Positions 26,901 through 39,240 of a stretch of DNA of 64,000 bases are shown here, piece by piece (within the stretch, counting starts at the first letter, position 1; every line of letters starts with the position of its first letter). Under the pieces are notes generated by a model that made no database searches, was not told the origin of the DNA, and was given only the letters and a program-made list of their open reading frames with translations. Source of the DNA: Flectonema sp. DT1601 (lineage: Eukaryota); assembly GCA_964019425.1 (NCBI GenBank), contig OZ025796.1, forward strand, positions 558,001-622,000, read 5' to 3'. Position numbers and translations under genes: made by a program.

Positions 26901-29900
26901 CTGTCCATTTGAAAAGTGTGAAGATTTAGACAGTAAAGTCTGTACTAAACATGCTTGTCCACAAGATCCGTCCAGAAGATGTCAACTTTTTAACAATCAC
27001 TGTGATTGCCCTGACACAGTCGATTCTTGTTTTGATATTTCTATCGACAAGTGCGAGCAATCAAAGTGTCCAAATGATTATTCGAGATATTGTAAAGTAA
27101 CAACTGACTTGATATTTGGTAGTCGTTGTGATTGCTCTCCACCAGTTGACTGTGCTGACTACGATATTCAAGTATGTCACAGATACGCGTGTCCTAATGA
27201 TCCAACAATGAGGTGTTCAGTTTTGAATGATGAATGCACTTGTGGCAAACCAAAAAGCTGCTACGACCTATCAGTTGACACGTGCAGTGATATGCCATGT
27301 CCTAATGACGGAAGTAGGAAATGTCAGGTTCATGTTGATCCAGTTAATGGTGATCACTGTGACTGCATGCCAGCAGAGACCTGCGAAGACTACGACCCAA
27401 GAGTTTGTGTGAGATACTCGTGTCCTGAAGATCCGACTCGGAATTGTGTTGTTAAGAATAACAAATGTAGTTGTCCTCCAGAAATAAAATCGTGTTCTGA
27501 TTACAGTCTTCGGGAGTGTAGTCAGCACTCTTGTCCAAATGACCCATCGAGATACTGCCAGGTTCATGGAAATCAGTGTAACTGCTTACCAATGAAATCA
27601 TGTTCTGAGTTAAATCTGTACGTCTGTGAGAGGTACCCATGTCCACAAGACAAGACAAGGAATTGTCAAGTCACATCCGACGGAAGGTGTGACTGCCCAG
27701 TAATGATTGATAGCTGTTTCGACTACAGCTTGTCAGAATGTGAAAACAGGTACTGCCCATCTGATAGCACCAGAAGATGTCAAGTTCACAACGGCCGTTG
27801 TGACTGCAGTCCAACCCGCAGTTGTTCTGATTACGACATTCGTATATGTGAGAGGTATGCTTCTATTATGATGATGCCTTCTTTTGTACTATTAGGTACT
27901 TTAAGGATTCTTATAATAAAATAAAACAGGTACACTTGTCCAGAAGATATGACTAAGAAGTGTCAGGTCACTGCTGACGGTCGTTGTGACTGCCCTCCCA
28001 AAATTAAGAGCTGCTACGACTACAGCGTCAGAGAGTGTGAGAAACATGTCTGCCCTGATGACACAAGTCGCAAGTGTCAAATTCACGATGACCACTGCGA
28101 CTGTCTGCCATCAAGAAGCTGCAAGGACTACGACATCAGAGTCTGTGAGAGGTATGCCTGTCCTGAAGATTGGACAAAGAAGTGTCAGGTAGTTAACGGA
28201 ATGTGTGACTGCCCTCCTGCAGTTAACAGCTGCTACGACTACAGTGTCGCTCAATGTGAAGGACAACAGTGCCCTAATGACCCGTCAAGATCTTGCAGAG
28301 TTCACAACGATCACTGTGATTGTTATCCAATTCATGATTGCTCTGATTATGATGTCGCTTATTGCTCTCGTAACTTGTGTCCAAATGATCCAACGAGGAG
28401 GTGTCAAGTTATGGGAAACAGTTGTTCCTGTCCACCATCAATTGATTCTTGTTTTGATCTCGGAGTCGCGGAATGTGCTCGCTACAGATGTCCAAATGAT
28501 CCGACTCGCAACTGTCAAGTTCATGGAGATCATTGCGACTGTTACCCTACCAAAACCTGCCAAGACTATGACGTTAATGAGTGTGCAAGGTATGTTGATC
28601 CTCTTTTTGTTTAATTATATATTTTTATCAACAACCTTCGTGATAATATTAGAGTTTTCCTTTCTCTGTAGAGTAACAGCATTACAAATAAAAAAAACAC
28701 AACCAGATACACGTGTCCTGATGACCGCACTCGCAAATGCCAAGTCATAAACTACAAGTGTGACTGCCCAAGTAAGATAGACAGCTGCTATGATCTCAGT
28801 GTCGATGTTTGTGAAAAACATGACTGTCCAAATGATCCAGCGGCGGGTAGAAAATGTATGATTCACTACGACCATTGTGACTGTGCTCCAAGTCTTAAAT
28901 GTTCCGACTATGATGTTTTAATGTGCAATAGGTACACTTGTCCTGAAGATTCATCAAAGAAATGCCAGGTCACTGTTGACGGCCGATGTGATTGCCCTTC
29001 GAACCCCACAACATGTTACGACTACTCACTTACGAATTGTGTTGGAAACATCTGTCCTGATGATAATTCTCAAAAATGTCAAGTCCACCCTGACGGTTAC
29101 TGTTCTTGTGGTCCAGTAACGAATTCTTGTTCTTATTACGACACGAGAGTCTGCGAGAGGTACGCATGTCCAGAAGATTCAACGAAGAAATGTCAAGTAG
29201 TAAATGGAAAGTGTGACTGCCCTCGGAAGATTGACAGCTGCTATGATCTCAGCCTTAGAGAATGCTCATCACACACCTGTCCAAATGACAACACCCGAAG
29301 GTGTGCTGTTCATGGTGATCATTGTGATTGTACACCAACTGTGTCTTGCGCTGATTACGATACTGCAATCTGTGAAAGACACGCATGCCCAGAAGATTCA
29401 ACAAAGAACTGTCAAGTCAACCTTTTAGGAAAGTGTGATTGCCCTCCTTCTATAAAGTCATGTTATGATCTCAGTCTTTCTGAATGTTCACAACACCAAT
29501 GCCCTGAAGACTTAGAATTTAGTTGTGTAGTAGTTAACGGTTACTGTGACTGTATGAAATTGACAGGAGGATGTGAAATTTATAACATCAAAGTCTGTGA
29601 GAGGTACGCATGTCCAGATGACGAAACTATGAAATGCAGAGTTTCTCAAGAAGGAACCTGCGAGTGCCCACCCGCAATTAAATCCTGTTATGACTACAGC
29701 TTGCAAGAGTGTGAGAAACACGCTTGTCCAAACAATGGAGATCAAAGATGTAGAATTCATGATGACCACTGCGACTGCCCGCCATCTAAAACTTGCGCAG
29801 ATTACGACATTCGTGTTTGTGAAAGATATCCTTGTCCAGATGACTCAACTAAGAAGTGTCAAGTCACTAATGGCAGGTGTGACTGCCCTCCTTCAATTGA

Positions 29901-32900
29901 TTCATGTTATGACTACAGTCTTGATGAGTGTGAGAAACATGCTTGTCCTAATGATGATTCGAGAAAGTGTTTTATTCACGGTAATCACTGTGACTGCATG
30001 CATCCTCGATCATGTAGTGATTACGACAACGTCCAGTGTCAAAGGCACAGCTGCCCAGAGAATCCAGCTCTGAACTGTCGGGTTAAGAGAGATGGAAGTT
30101 GTGGATGCCCACCTGCAGTAAAGACCTGTTATGATTACAGCGTTAAAGAATGTGAATACCATGTGTGTCCTGATGACAACTCTAGAAGATGTCAAATTCA
30201 CCAAGACCACTGTGACTGTATGGCAGTCATTGATAGTTGTTCTTCTTATGATGTCAGAGTCTGTGAGAGGTACACTTGTCCAGAAGATATGACTAAGAAG
30301 TGTCAGGTCACTGCTGACGGTCGTTGTGACTGCCCTCTCACAGCTAAGAGCTGCTACGACTACAGCATCAGAGAGTGTGAGAGACATGTCTGCCCCGATG
30401 ACACAAGTCGCAAGTGTCAAATTCACGATGACCACTGCGACTGTCTGCCATCAAGAAGCTGCAAGGACTACGACATCAGAGTCTGTGAGAGGTATGCCTG
30501 TCCTGAAGATTGGACAAAGAAGTGTCAGGTAGTTAACGGAATGTGTGACTGCCCTCCTGCAATTGACAGCTGTTACGACTACAGTGTCGCTGAGTGTGAA
30601 AATCACATGTGTCCGGGTTCGAACCCAACTGATGGAAGAAGATGTAAGATTCACATCGACCACTGCGACTGCATGCCACAACAAAATAGCTGCTCTGACT
30701 ACGATCCTGTTCAGTGCAGTCGTTACACTTGTCCTGAGGACTCGACGAAGAATTGTAGAGTCACAAACGGCAAGTGTGATTGTCCTCCAACAGTATCATC
30801 TTGTTATGATCTAAGTGTGTATGAGTGTGAGAAACACAGATGTCCAAATGATGACAGCAGGAAGTGTCAGATCCACATAGATCATTGTGACTGCATGCCT
30901 ACTAACAGTTGCGAAGATTACGACCTTTCGACATGTGAGATGCATGCGTGTCCTGAGCTGTCTCATGTGAGATGTAAAATCACTTCTGATGGCAGGTGTG
31001 ATTGCCCTCGTCTAATCAACTCTTGTTCTGACTACAGCACCACAGAATGTGAATCCCAATGGTGTCCAAATGATGTAACCAAACGCTGTCAGCTCCGTGG
31101 CACTAACTGCGAATGCATTGGCACCACCCCATCCTGTTCTGACTATAGTCCTAGTACCTGTGAAAGGTGTGCTTCTTTAAAATATTAAAACAGTACAAGT
31201 TGGATTATGTACTGCCCAATTATTCTTTTTCTCTTCTGATGGATTTTATTGATCACCGGAAGGGTTCATTTTTGTTCTTGCGCCAACCAACTGCAAAGTT
31301 GGAAGACAGGGGGGAAAAAAACTATAATAAAATAAAACAGGTACACTTGTCCAGAAGATATGACTAAGAAGTGTCAGGTCACTGCTGACGGTCGTTGTGA
31401 CTGCCCTCCCAAAATTAAGAGCTGCTACGACTACAGCGTCAGAGAGTGTGAGAAACATGTCTGCCCTGATGACACAAGTCGCAAGTGTCAAATTCACGAT
31501 GACCACTGCGACTGTCTGCCATCAAAAAGCTGCAAGGACTACGACATCAGAGTCTGTGAGAGGTATGCCTGTCCTGAAGATTGGACAAAGAAGTGTCAGG
31601 TAGTTAACGGAATGTGTGACTGCCCTCCTGCAATTGACAGCTGCTACGACTACAGTGTCGCTGAGTGTGAAAATCACATGTGTCCGGGTTCGAACCCAAC
31701 TGATGGAAGAAGATGTAAGATTCACATCGACCACTGCGACTGCATGCCACAACAAGACGCCTGCTCCGACTATGACATCAACGCTTGTGAGCAACACGCT
31801 TGCCCAGAAGATTCAACAAAGAAGTGTCAAATTACGAACGGAAAGTGCGACTGTCCAAATGTTGTCATCTCGTGTTATGATTACAGTGTCAAAGAATGTG
31901 AACAACATCTCTGTCCAGAAGATCAGAGCAGACCTTGTCAGATTAGGGACGACCACTGTGACTGTATGCCAGTAGTCCCGTCTTGTTCTAACTTCAACGT
32001 TCGAGTTTGTGAGAGATACACTTGTCCTGATGACAGTACTAAGAAGTGTCAGGTAACTAATGGAGAATGTGACTGTCCAAAAGAAGTTAAAAGCTGCTAC
32101 GACCTTTCCTTGCGGGAATGCGAAAGCCACGCATGCCCTAACGACGGAACACGTAGGTGTCAAATTAACGGAAACCACTGCGATTGCCTCCCAGCGAAAT
32201 CTTGCGAAGAATACGATATCAGAATTTGTGAGAGGTACCCTTGTCCTGATGATACGTCTAAGAGATGTAAAATATCAACAAATCTGGCAAGTGGTAATAT
32301 GAAGTGTGGTTGCCCTGATGAAGCGAAGACGTGTTACGACTACAGCCTTGCGGAATGTGGAAGTCAGAAGTGTCCTAATGATGATGAGGGAAGACTTTGC
32401 CAAGTTCACAATGACCACTGTGACTGCCTTCCTAGTAAAAGTTGCAGAGATCACGACATCAGAGTCTGCGAGCGTTATGCCTGCCCAGATGACCAAAGTA
32501 AAAATTGTAGGATCGTAAATAACGAATGCGCGTGTCCTTCTGTAATTGAATCATGTTCTGACTACAGTCTGACTGAGTGCGGACAGCATAGCTGCCCAAA
32601 TGATGATTCCAAAAAGTGTAAAGTACACCTTGGAAGCTGTCAATGCCCTCCAGAAAGCTGTAAGGGACTTCCTCCCAGGCAATGCCTCAGACATGTTTGT
32701 GAATCAAACCAAAATGCGAGATGTGTTCTTATAAATGGCGAGTGTGATTGCCCTCCAACAGTTGTGTCATGTGAACATCATCATCCTGCTGATTGTGAGC
32801 GTCATGCTTGTCCGGGAAGTACCAGTTTCCAACGGTGCAAGTTAAACTCTGATAAGAAGTGTGAGTGTGCAAGGAAACCACAATGCTCTGATCACGGTGT

Positions 32901-35900
32901 AAACGTTTGCCGAACAAAAACTTGTCCTGAAGATGCAAACCGCCGATGTGCTTTCATTGATGGGATGTGCTCGTGTCCTCCTGCCATCGCAAGCTGCAGT
33001 CGATTCCCACCAAGTGTCTGTACCAGATATCGTTGTCCTCAGACCCCATTCCTTCCTTGTGCTGTCAACAAAGAAGGTCGTTGCGATTGCCCAAGCCAAG
33101 AAAGATCATGCGAAGACTACTCGCTGGAAACCTGCAAGGAAAACCCTTGTCCAGAAAATAGCCTCGCGCAATGCGCTCCTCTCAACGGCAAGTGCAGTTG
33201 CCCTGAACCACGTCTGTGCTCTGATTATGATCCTGCGATCTGTGAGCAATTCTTGTGTCCGGAAAGTCCTAACTTGCGATGTGCTCTCGACAGTGCCGGA
33301 CGATGCAACTGCCCGGAGTTTGGATGTCGCAGCTTCCCAACTTCAACATGTCACAGACACAGCTGCCCTGAAGACTCAACCAAAGCCTGTGAAATTGACA
33401 GTGTCGGAATCTGCAATTGCCCAATGGAAGTGAGAAGTTGTGCAGATGCCTCGTTGCACAAGTGCGGGTCAACTGCGTGCCCAGAAGACCCAAGTAAGAA
33501 TTGCCAACTTGACTCAGCAACTGGTGTCTGTGCTTGTCCTGGGGCCAGAAAGAGATGTAAGGACCAAACACTGGAGGATTGCAGAAAGCACTTCTGTCTG
33601 GATGACAACACCAAGAGATGTGAAATTAACTCTCTGCACCTCTGCGAGTGTCCGGATGATGGCGCCGCATGTACGCAGCACACTGCTGACACTTGCGGAC
33701 AGTTCAACTGCCCGAGAAATCCGAACAGAGCTTGTGCGATGAACGATGCAGGCAATTGCGACTGTCCACCAGACACGAGAAGCTGTGCGGATCTCTCAAT
33801 GGAGGTCTGCGAATCTACAGCCTGCCCAGAAAACCCTGATGTGAATTGCCAACTCGAATCAGAAACTGGTACTTGCTCTTGCCCTGGAGGTGGTAAGAGA
33901 TGTAAGGACAGAACACTGGAGGATTGCAGAAAGCACTACTGTCTGGATGACAACACCAAGAGATGTGAAATTAACTCTCTGCACCTCTGCGAGTGTCCGG
34001 ATGATGGTGTTGCATGTACGCAGCACACTGCTAACAATTGCGGACAGTACAACTGTCCGAGAAATCCGAACAGAGCTTGTGCGATGAACGATGCAGGCAA
34101 CTGCGACTGTCCACCAGACCCTAGGAGCTGTGCAGACGTGTCGTTGAGGAACTGCAAGTCTACCGCCTGCCCAGAAAACCCAAGTATGAATTGCGAACTC
34201 GACTCTGCATCTGCGACTTGCAGCTGTCCAGGAGCTGGGAAGAAGTGCGAAGACAGGTCCTTGAATGATTGCAGAAAGTACTTCTGCCAGAATGACAACA
34301 CCAAGAGATGCGAAATTAACTCTCTTCACCTCTGCGAGTGTCCAGACGCAGCAACATCGTGTTCACAGCATACTGCGAATTGTGAAGAGTTTCGCTGCCC
34401 TGAAGACTCGGAGAGATTCTGTAAAATTGACCAATTTGGAAACTGTGGCTGTCCTGAAGATAGAAGCTGTTGGTTGCACAGTGTTGCTGAGTGTTCGAAC
34501 CATGTTTGCCCTGAGGATCCTTTAAAACAGTGTGTTGTTAAAGGGGGAAAATGTGACTGTCCATTAGTAATTAAAACTTGTGAACTTTATTCAGCTGATG
34601 AATGTCATCGTCGTGTGTGTCCTGACGACTCGACAAGGAATTGCCAACTCAACTCAGATCGCGTATGTGACTGTCCTGATGTTGAGGATAGCTGTGAGAG
34701 CTACACTCCAAAGTCTTGTGAGTCTCAGAGATGTCCAGAAAGACCAAACATGAAATGCATCTTGCATTCCAACAACACTTGTGGCTGCCCTCCTCCTAGT
34801 GGATGCGCTAGATATCCGTTGGCGCGGTGCGCAAAACTAACTTGCCCAGAAAATAATCGTGTTATGTGTCAGGTTACAGAAGAAGGAACTTGTGATTGCG
34901 CTCCTCCAACGGAGTGCTCTCACTACAATCCGAAAATCTGCGTTGACATGCCCTGCCCTGATAACAGAAGACGCAAATGTCAACTTATTGGCGGTCAGTG
35001 TGACTGTCCTAAACCAACCAAAACGTGCGCTGACTACGACCTCAACTACTGTTCACAAAATAGATGTCCAGAAGACTCAACAAGGAGATGTCAAGTGAAC
35101 ACACAAACTAAGCAATGTACTTGTGAGAGAGTTACTGAATCCTGTAAGTCATACTCACTTAATGAATGTGGTAATCACAGATGTCCAGACAATAAGCGTT
35201 ATATGTGTGCTATTAATGCTGTTGGAATATGTGACTGTCCACAGACAATGACATGCGCAGACTACGGACTTGACTCATGTTCACAAAAGAGATGTCCGGA
35301 AGACAGGAGAAGAAGGTGTGTTGTGAACACTCTAAACAAACAGTGTACGTGTGAAAGGGAAGCAACAACATGCAAATCGTACTCTGTAGAGACCTGTTCA
35401 AAGTACAAGTGCCCAGAAAATAAATCCCAGAGGTGCGCTGTCAACTCTCTTGGAGTTTGTGATTGTCCGCCTACCGCTCGCCCTTGTTCTGCTTACCCAA
35501 TTTCAACGTGTCAAACGTACAGCTGTCCGAATAACAGCGGCATGCGCTGTGCTATAAACAGAAATGGTCGATGTGATTGCCCTGACACTATTAAATCTTG
35601 TTCTGATTACGGACTGAGTGTATGCAGTAGTAGGAACTGTCCTGAGAATCGTTCTCAAAGATGTGTTGTCATCAATAATGAGTGTCAGTGTAATCCTTCA
35701 GTCAGATCTTGTTCCGCGTATCGTCCATCAGAATGCGAGAGGTACGTCTGCCCCGTGGACCCTAGCAGGAAATGTGCAGTCAATGCCGCTGGCAGATGTG
35801 ATTGCCCAGAGGTGCAATGCTCATCGTTGTCTACGTCGGAGTGCACAAGGAACTGGTGCCCCAACTCTGGAAGGACTCGAAGGTGTGAAATTATTGGAAA

Positions 35901-38610
35901 CCGCTGTGACTGTCCAAACATCACTCCTTGCGAAGAGAGAGACGCCGAATCCTGTAGAAGGTATCTTTGCCCTGATGATACCACAAAGAGGTGTGAGATC
36001 GCTGTTTCTGGTGATACCAAATTCTGTCAATGCCCACGAGCAACTAAAACCTGTTCTGCTTACCACGTCAATGAATGCACCCGCAACGCCTGTCCTAACG
36101 ACAGCAACAGAATGTGCGAAGTTGTTAACAATCGATGTGACTGTCCGAGGTATTCTAAATGCAGTCAAATGTCGCAGTCAACTTGTACAGGAATCTGTCC
36201 GGAGAACAGCCGCAGTAAGTGCTATTGGAATAATGAAAATAGTGTGTGTGACTGCTACACTCCACCGAAGTCGTGTGCTGACTACTCTGAAATGATGTGT
36301 CAGGATAAGAACTGTCCTGACCAAGCAGGCAAGAAATGCATCTGGGCAATGGACACCTGTTCTTGTGACGATCGCATTAGCAGTTGTGATGAACTGTCGC
36401 AAACTCACTGCTCTGGAGGTTGTCCAAACTTCGCTGTTGGAAGCTGCAGATGGAATTCTGCGACTGACTGTTGCACCTGCATTGACCGTCCGCCACGTAG
36501 TTGTCAAGTTTACTCCTCTCAGGACTCCTGTGAGTCCCAGAGATGCCCTGAAGATGATTCATCAAAATGTCAATGGAGTATGATCCCTGGATCTAGCAGA
36601 GGAGTCTGTAACTGTCAGGCAACATCTTGTGGTAGCTATTCAGCAATTAGGGAGTGCAGCGGACGCGTCTGTCCGCAGAACTCCAACAGCGTCTGCTACT
36701 GGGACACTGCGACAGCGTCTTGCTCATGTCTCGAAAAGTCGTGCAAGGAAATGAAGCAATTCGAGTGTCTCGGTAATTGCCCAGAAGACCGCACCAAGTC
36801 ATGCAAATGGAATGACAAAACCGCTGCATGCGGATGCGCACAAACGTCGGAAGCATGTTCCGACTTGGACATCAGTTCATGTGGTGGTGGATGTCCTGAT
36901 CACCCAGGTAGTCTGATCCATAAATGTATTTGGGATAGAACAATAGGACAGTGTTACTGTCATAATAAGAACCCTCGCAGCTGTTCAGAAATTAATTCAT
37001 TAGGAGCTTGCTCCGGTACCTGCCCAGAAAATTCCGATAACAGCTGCGCCTGGGATCGCACCACCGGAAAATGTTCCTGCGCCAAACCAACTTACAGAAC
37101 TTGTTCAGACTTTGCCGACCAAGACTTGTGCACTGGTAGCTGCCCTGAAGGTCCAAGAGGAGCGCGTTGTGTGTGGAACAGATATCAAAGATCCTGTTCA
37201 TGCGATCAAAAGCTGAGCTGTAACGACTTTAACAGCGCTAGCTGTGCTGGTAGATGTCCAGAAGACCCGAGCAAGAGTTGTAAGTACGATGACTCTACTC
37301 AACACTGTGACTGCGTTGATAACACACCAACTCCAATGACAAGCAAAAGCTGCAGCGACGTGGAGGAAGCAGAGTTGTGCATTGGAAGATGTCCGGAAGC
37401 GCCGAATGGTTTCTGTGAGTGGAATGCTGAAATGAAAACTTGCGGATGCACAGAAAATATTGCAATGTCCTGTTCTGATATTGGCATCAAACAGTTGTGT
37501 GGTGGTCAGTGTCCTGAAAACCCAAAATACGGAAGATGTACGTGGAACGATAACTTTGGGGGACGATGCGAATGTTACGTACGACAGACACCAATGCCGA
37601 CACCAGTTCCAACTGTTGCTGTAACTGAATGTTCTGACATAAGCAACCAAAAACTCTGTCGGGGAGTATGCCCTGAGAATGAGCGCTCTATCTGCTTGTG
37701 GAGAAATGATCACTGTACCTGTTTTGAGGGTGGGCCAAAAAGCTGCTCCGAAATTGTATCGGTAGACCTCTGCCACGGAACCTGCCCCGACGACAAGCTC
37801 AGCAGTTGTGAGTGGAACAAAGAGGCAGAAAGCTGTGGATGTAAACCAGTACCACACGCTTGTGCTGAATTTGATACTCCAAAGGGATGTACTGGAATGG
37901 CGTGTCCAGATGATCACCGCAGTGTCTGTGGTTGGAACCGAAAACACAGCGTGTGTGAATGCCTCGAGCAGGAACTTCGCAGTTGCAAGCAGCTGGAAAA
38001 GCAAAGTTGCATAGGTAGCTGTCCTGAGAACAGCTTATCACAATGCAGATGGAGTGAAGAGGAGGCTTCCTGTGAGTGCGACCATCCTTTGAAAAGCTGC
38101 AGCGCATTTCCACAGGCCAGATGTGCAGGAAACTGTCCAGACAATTCAAATGGAATGTGTTATTGGGATGCCTCCACTGCGAGGTGCAACTGTGCAGTAT
38201 TGGAACCGAAGTCTTGCTCTGACATTTTGTCCCCTCGATTCTGCGGAGGAATTTGCCCCGACAATGAGGACTCACGCTGTTTCTGGAACCGCAACACTCA
38301 AATGTGTCAGTGCCGACCATCACCTTGTGCGCTACGTGATCAACATGACTGTGGTGGTTCCTGCCCTGAAAACCCGTCAAATACTTGCAGATGGAACTCT
38401 AGAGTAAATCAGTGTCAGTGCTTGCCAAAAAGACAAAGGTGTGAGCAATTCAGCTTTGATCTCTGTGGAGGAACTTGCCCCACAAGCAATAATCACTCTT
38501 GCGGTTGGGATCTCAATCTAGCAACGTGCAGGTGCAAATCAGCTCCTGACATCGTCGTGATAGACAGAGCTTTTGAAGGAACCCTCCGTGCTGTGCCTGA
38601 TCCACAATAA
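20914..38610 (+). CDS. Giant secreted cysteine-rich repeat protein, ~5,776 aa; exons 20914-27854, 27930-28589, 28707-31166, 31341-38610
   Basis: Three phase-2 GT-AG introns join the ORFs into one 17,331-nt frame. Signal peptide MTTLALLGCLVVQSIG. Six-Cys unit repeated throughout. Confidence 0.9.
21550..26690 (+). repeat. Coding tandem array of near-identical 111-bp (37 aa) and 138-bp (46 aa) units
   Basis: Units CQDYHVNVCEQHACPNDDSRRCQIINNKCDCPMVIDS and CQDYSLTECPEKYCPNDADRMCEVITYTTAAGAATSRCDCPQKVDN. Confidence 0.95.
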
Positions 38611-39209
38611 GCATCAGAAAAAAAAAAAAAAAAACGATTTCCTCAAGAAAACAGCACACGTAAGAGCCAGCAGGCTTTTTCCCCCCTCCCCTTCTCTTTC
38701 TTTTATTTTTTCCCTTCAGGAAGAGGACAAAAGCAATCTTGATATAGTAATCGAGATCTGCTGAGTCTTCTCTACAGAAAGAAAACAAAAATCTACATAT
38801 CGCCTGCGTCAAAAGAAAAACAACAACAGCACCAATTCTTGAGATACGCACTTCGCTTTTTTTTTTTTTTTTTTATATTTTGTTTTTATTTATTTTGTTT
38901 AACGTGGGGAATTCCTTTTGTTGATATCTGCAGCAGGGGGAACAACACACTACTGTTTATATAATTTATATCACGAGCGAGGGTATTCTTGTTTTGACAT
39001 ATAATGCTCAAGATAAATTTCCTCGCTTTTGCGCACACAACCATCATGTGCATTCACTCTATTTTATTTTACCTTAGAAATGCTTTCTTTGTAAAGGTCC
39101 AAGAACCTCAAAGGGCTGTCGGCTCTTCAGGTGTGAGGATGTAGATGTTGGTTTGCATTCTTTTATTTCTTGTTGACAAATTTATTATTTAATTTATTTA
39201 TTTGGTTGG

Positions 39210-39240
<31 letters not shown>

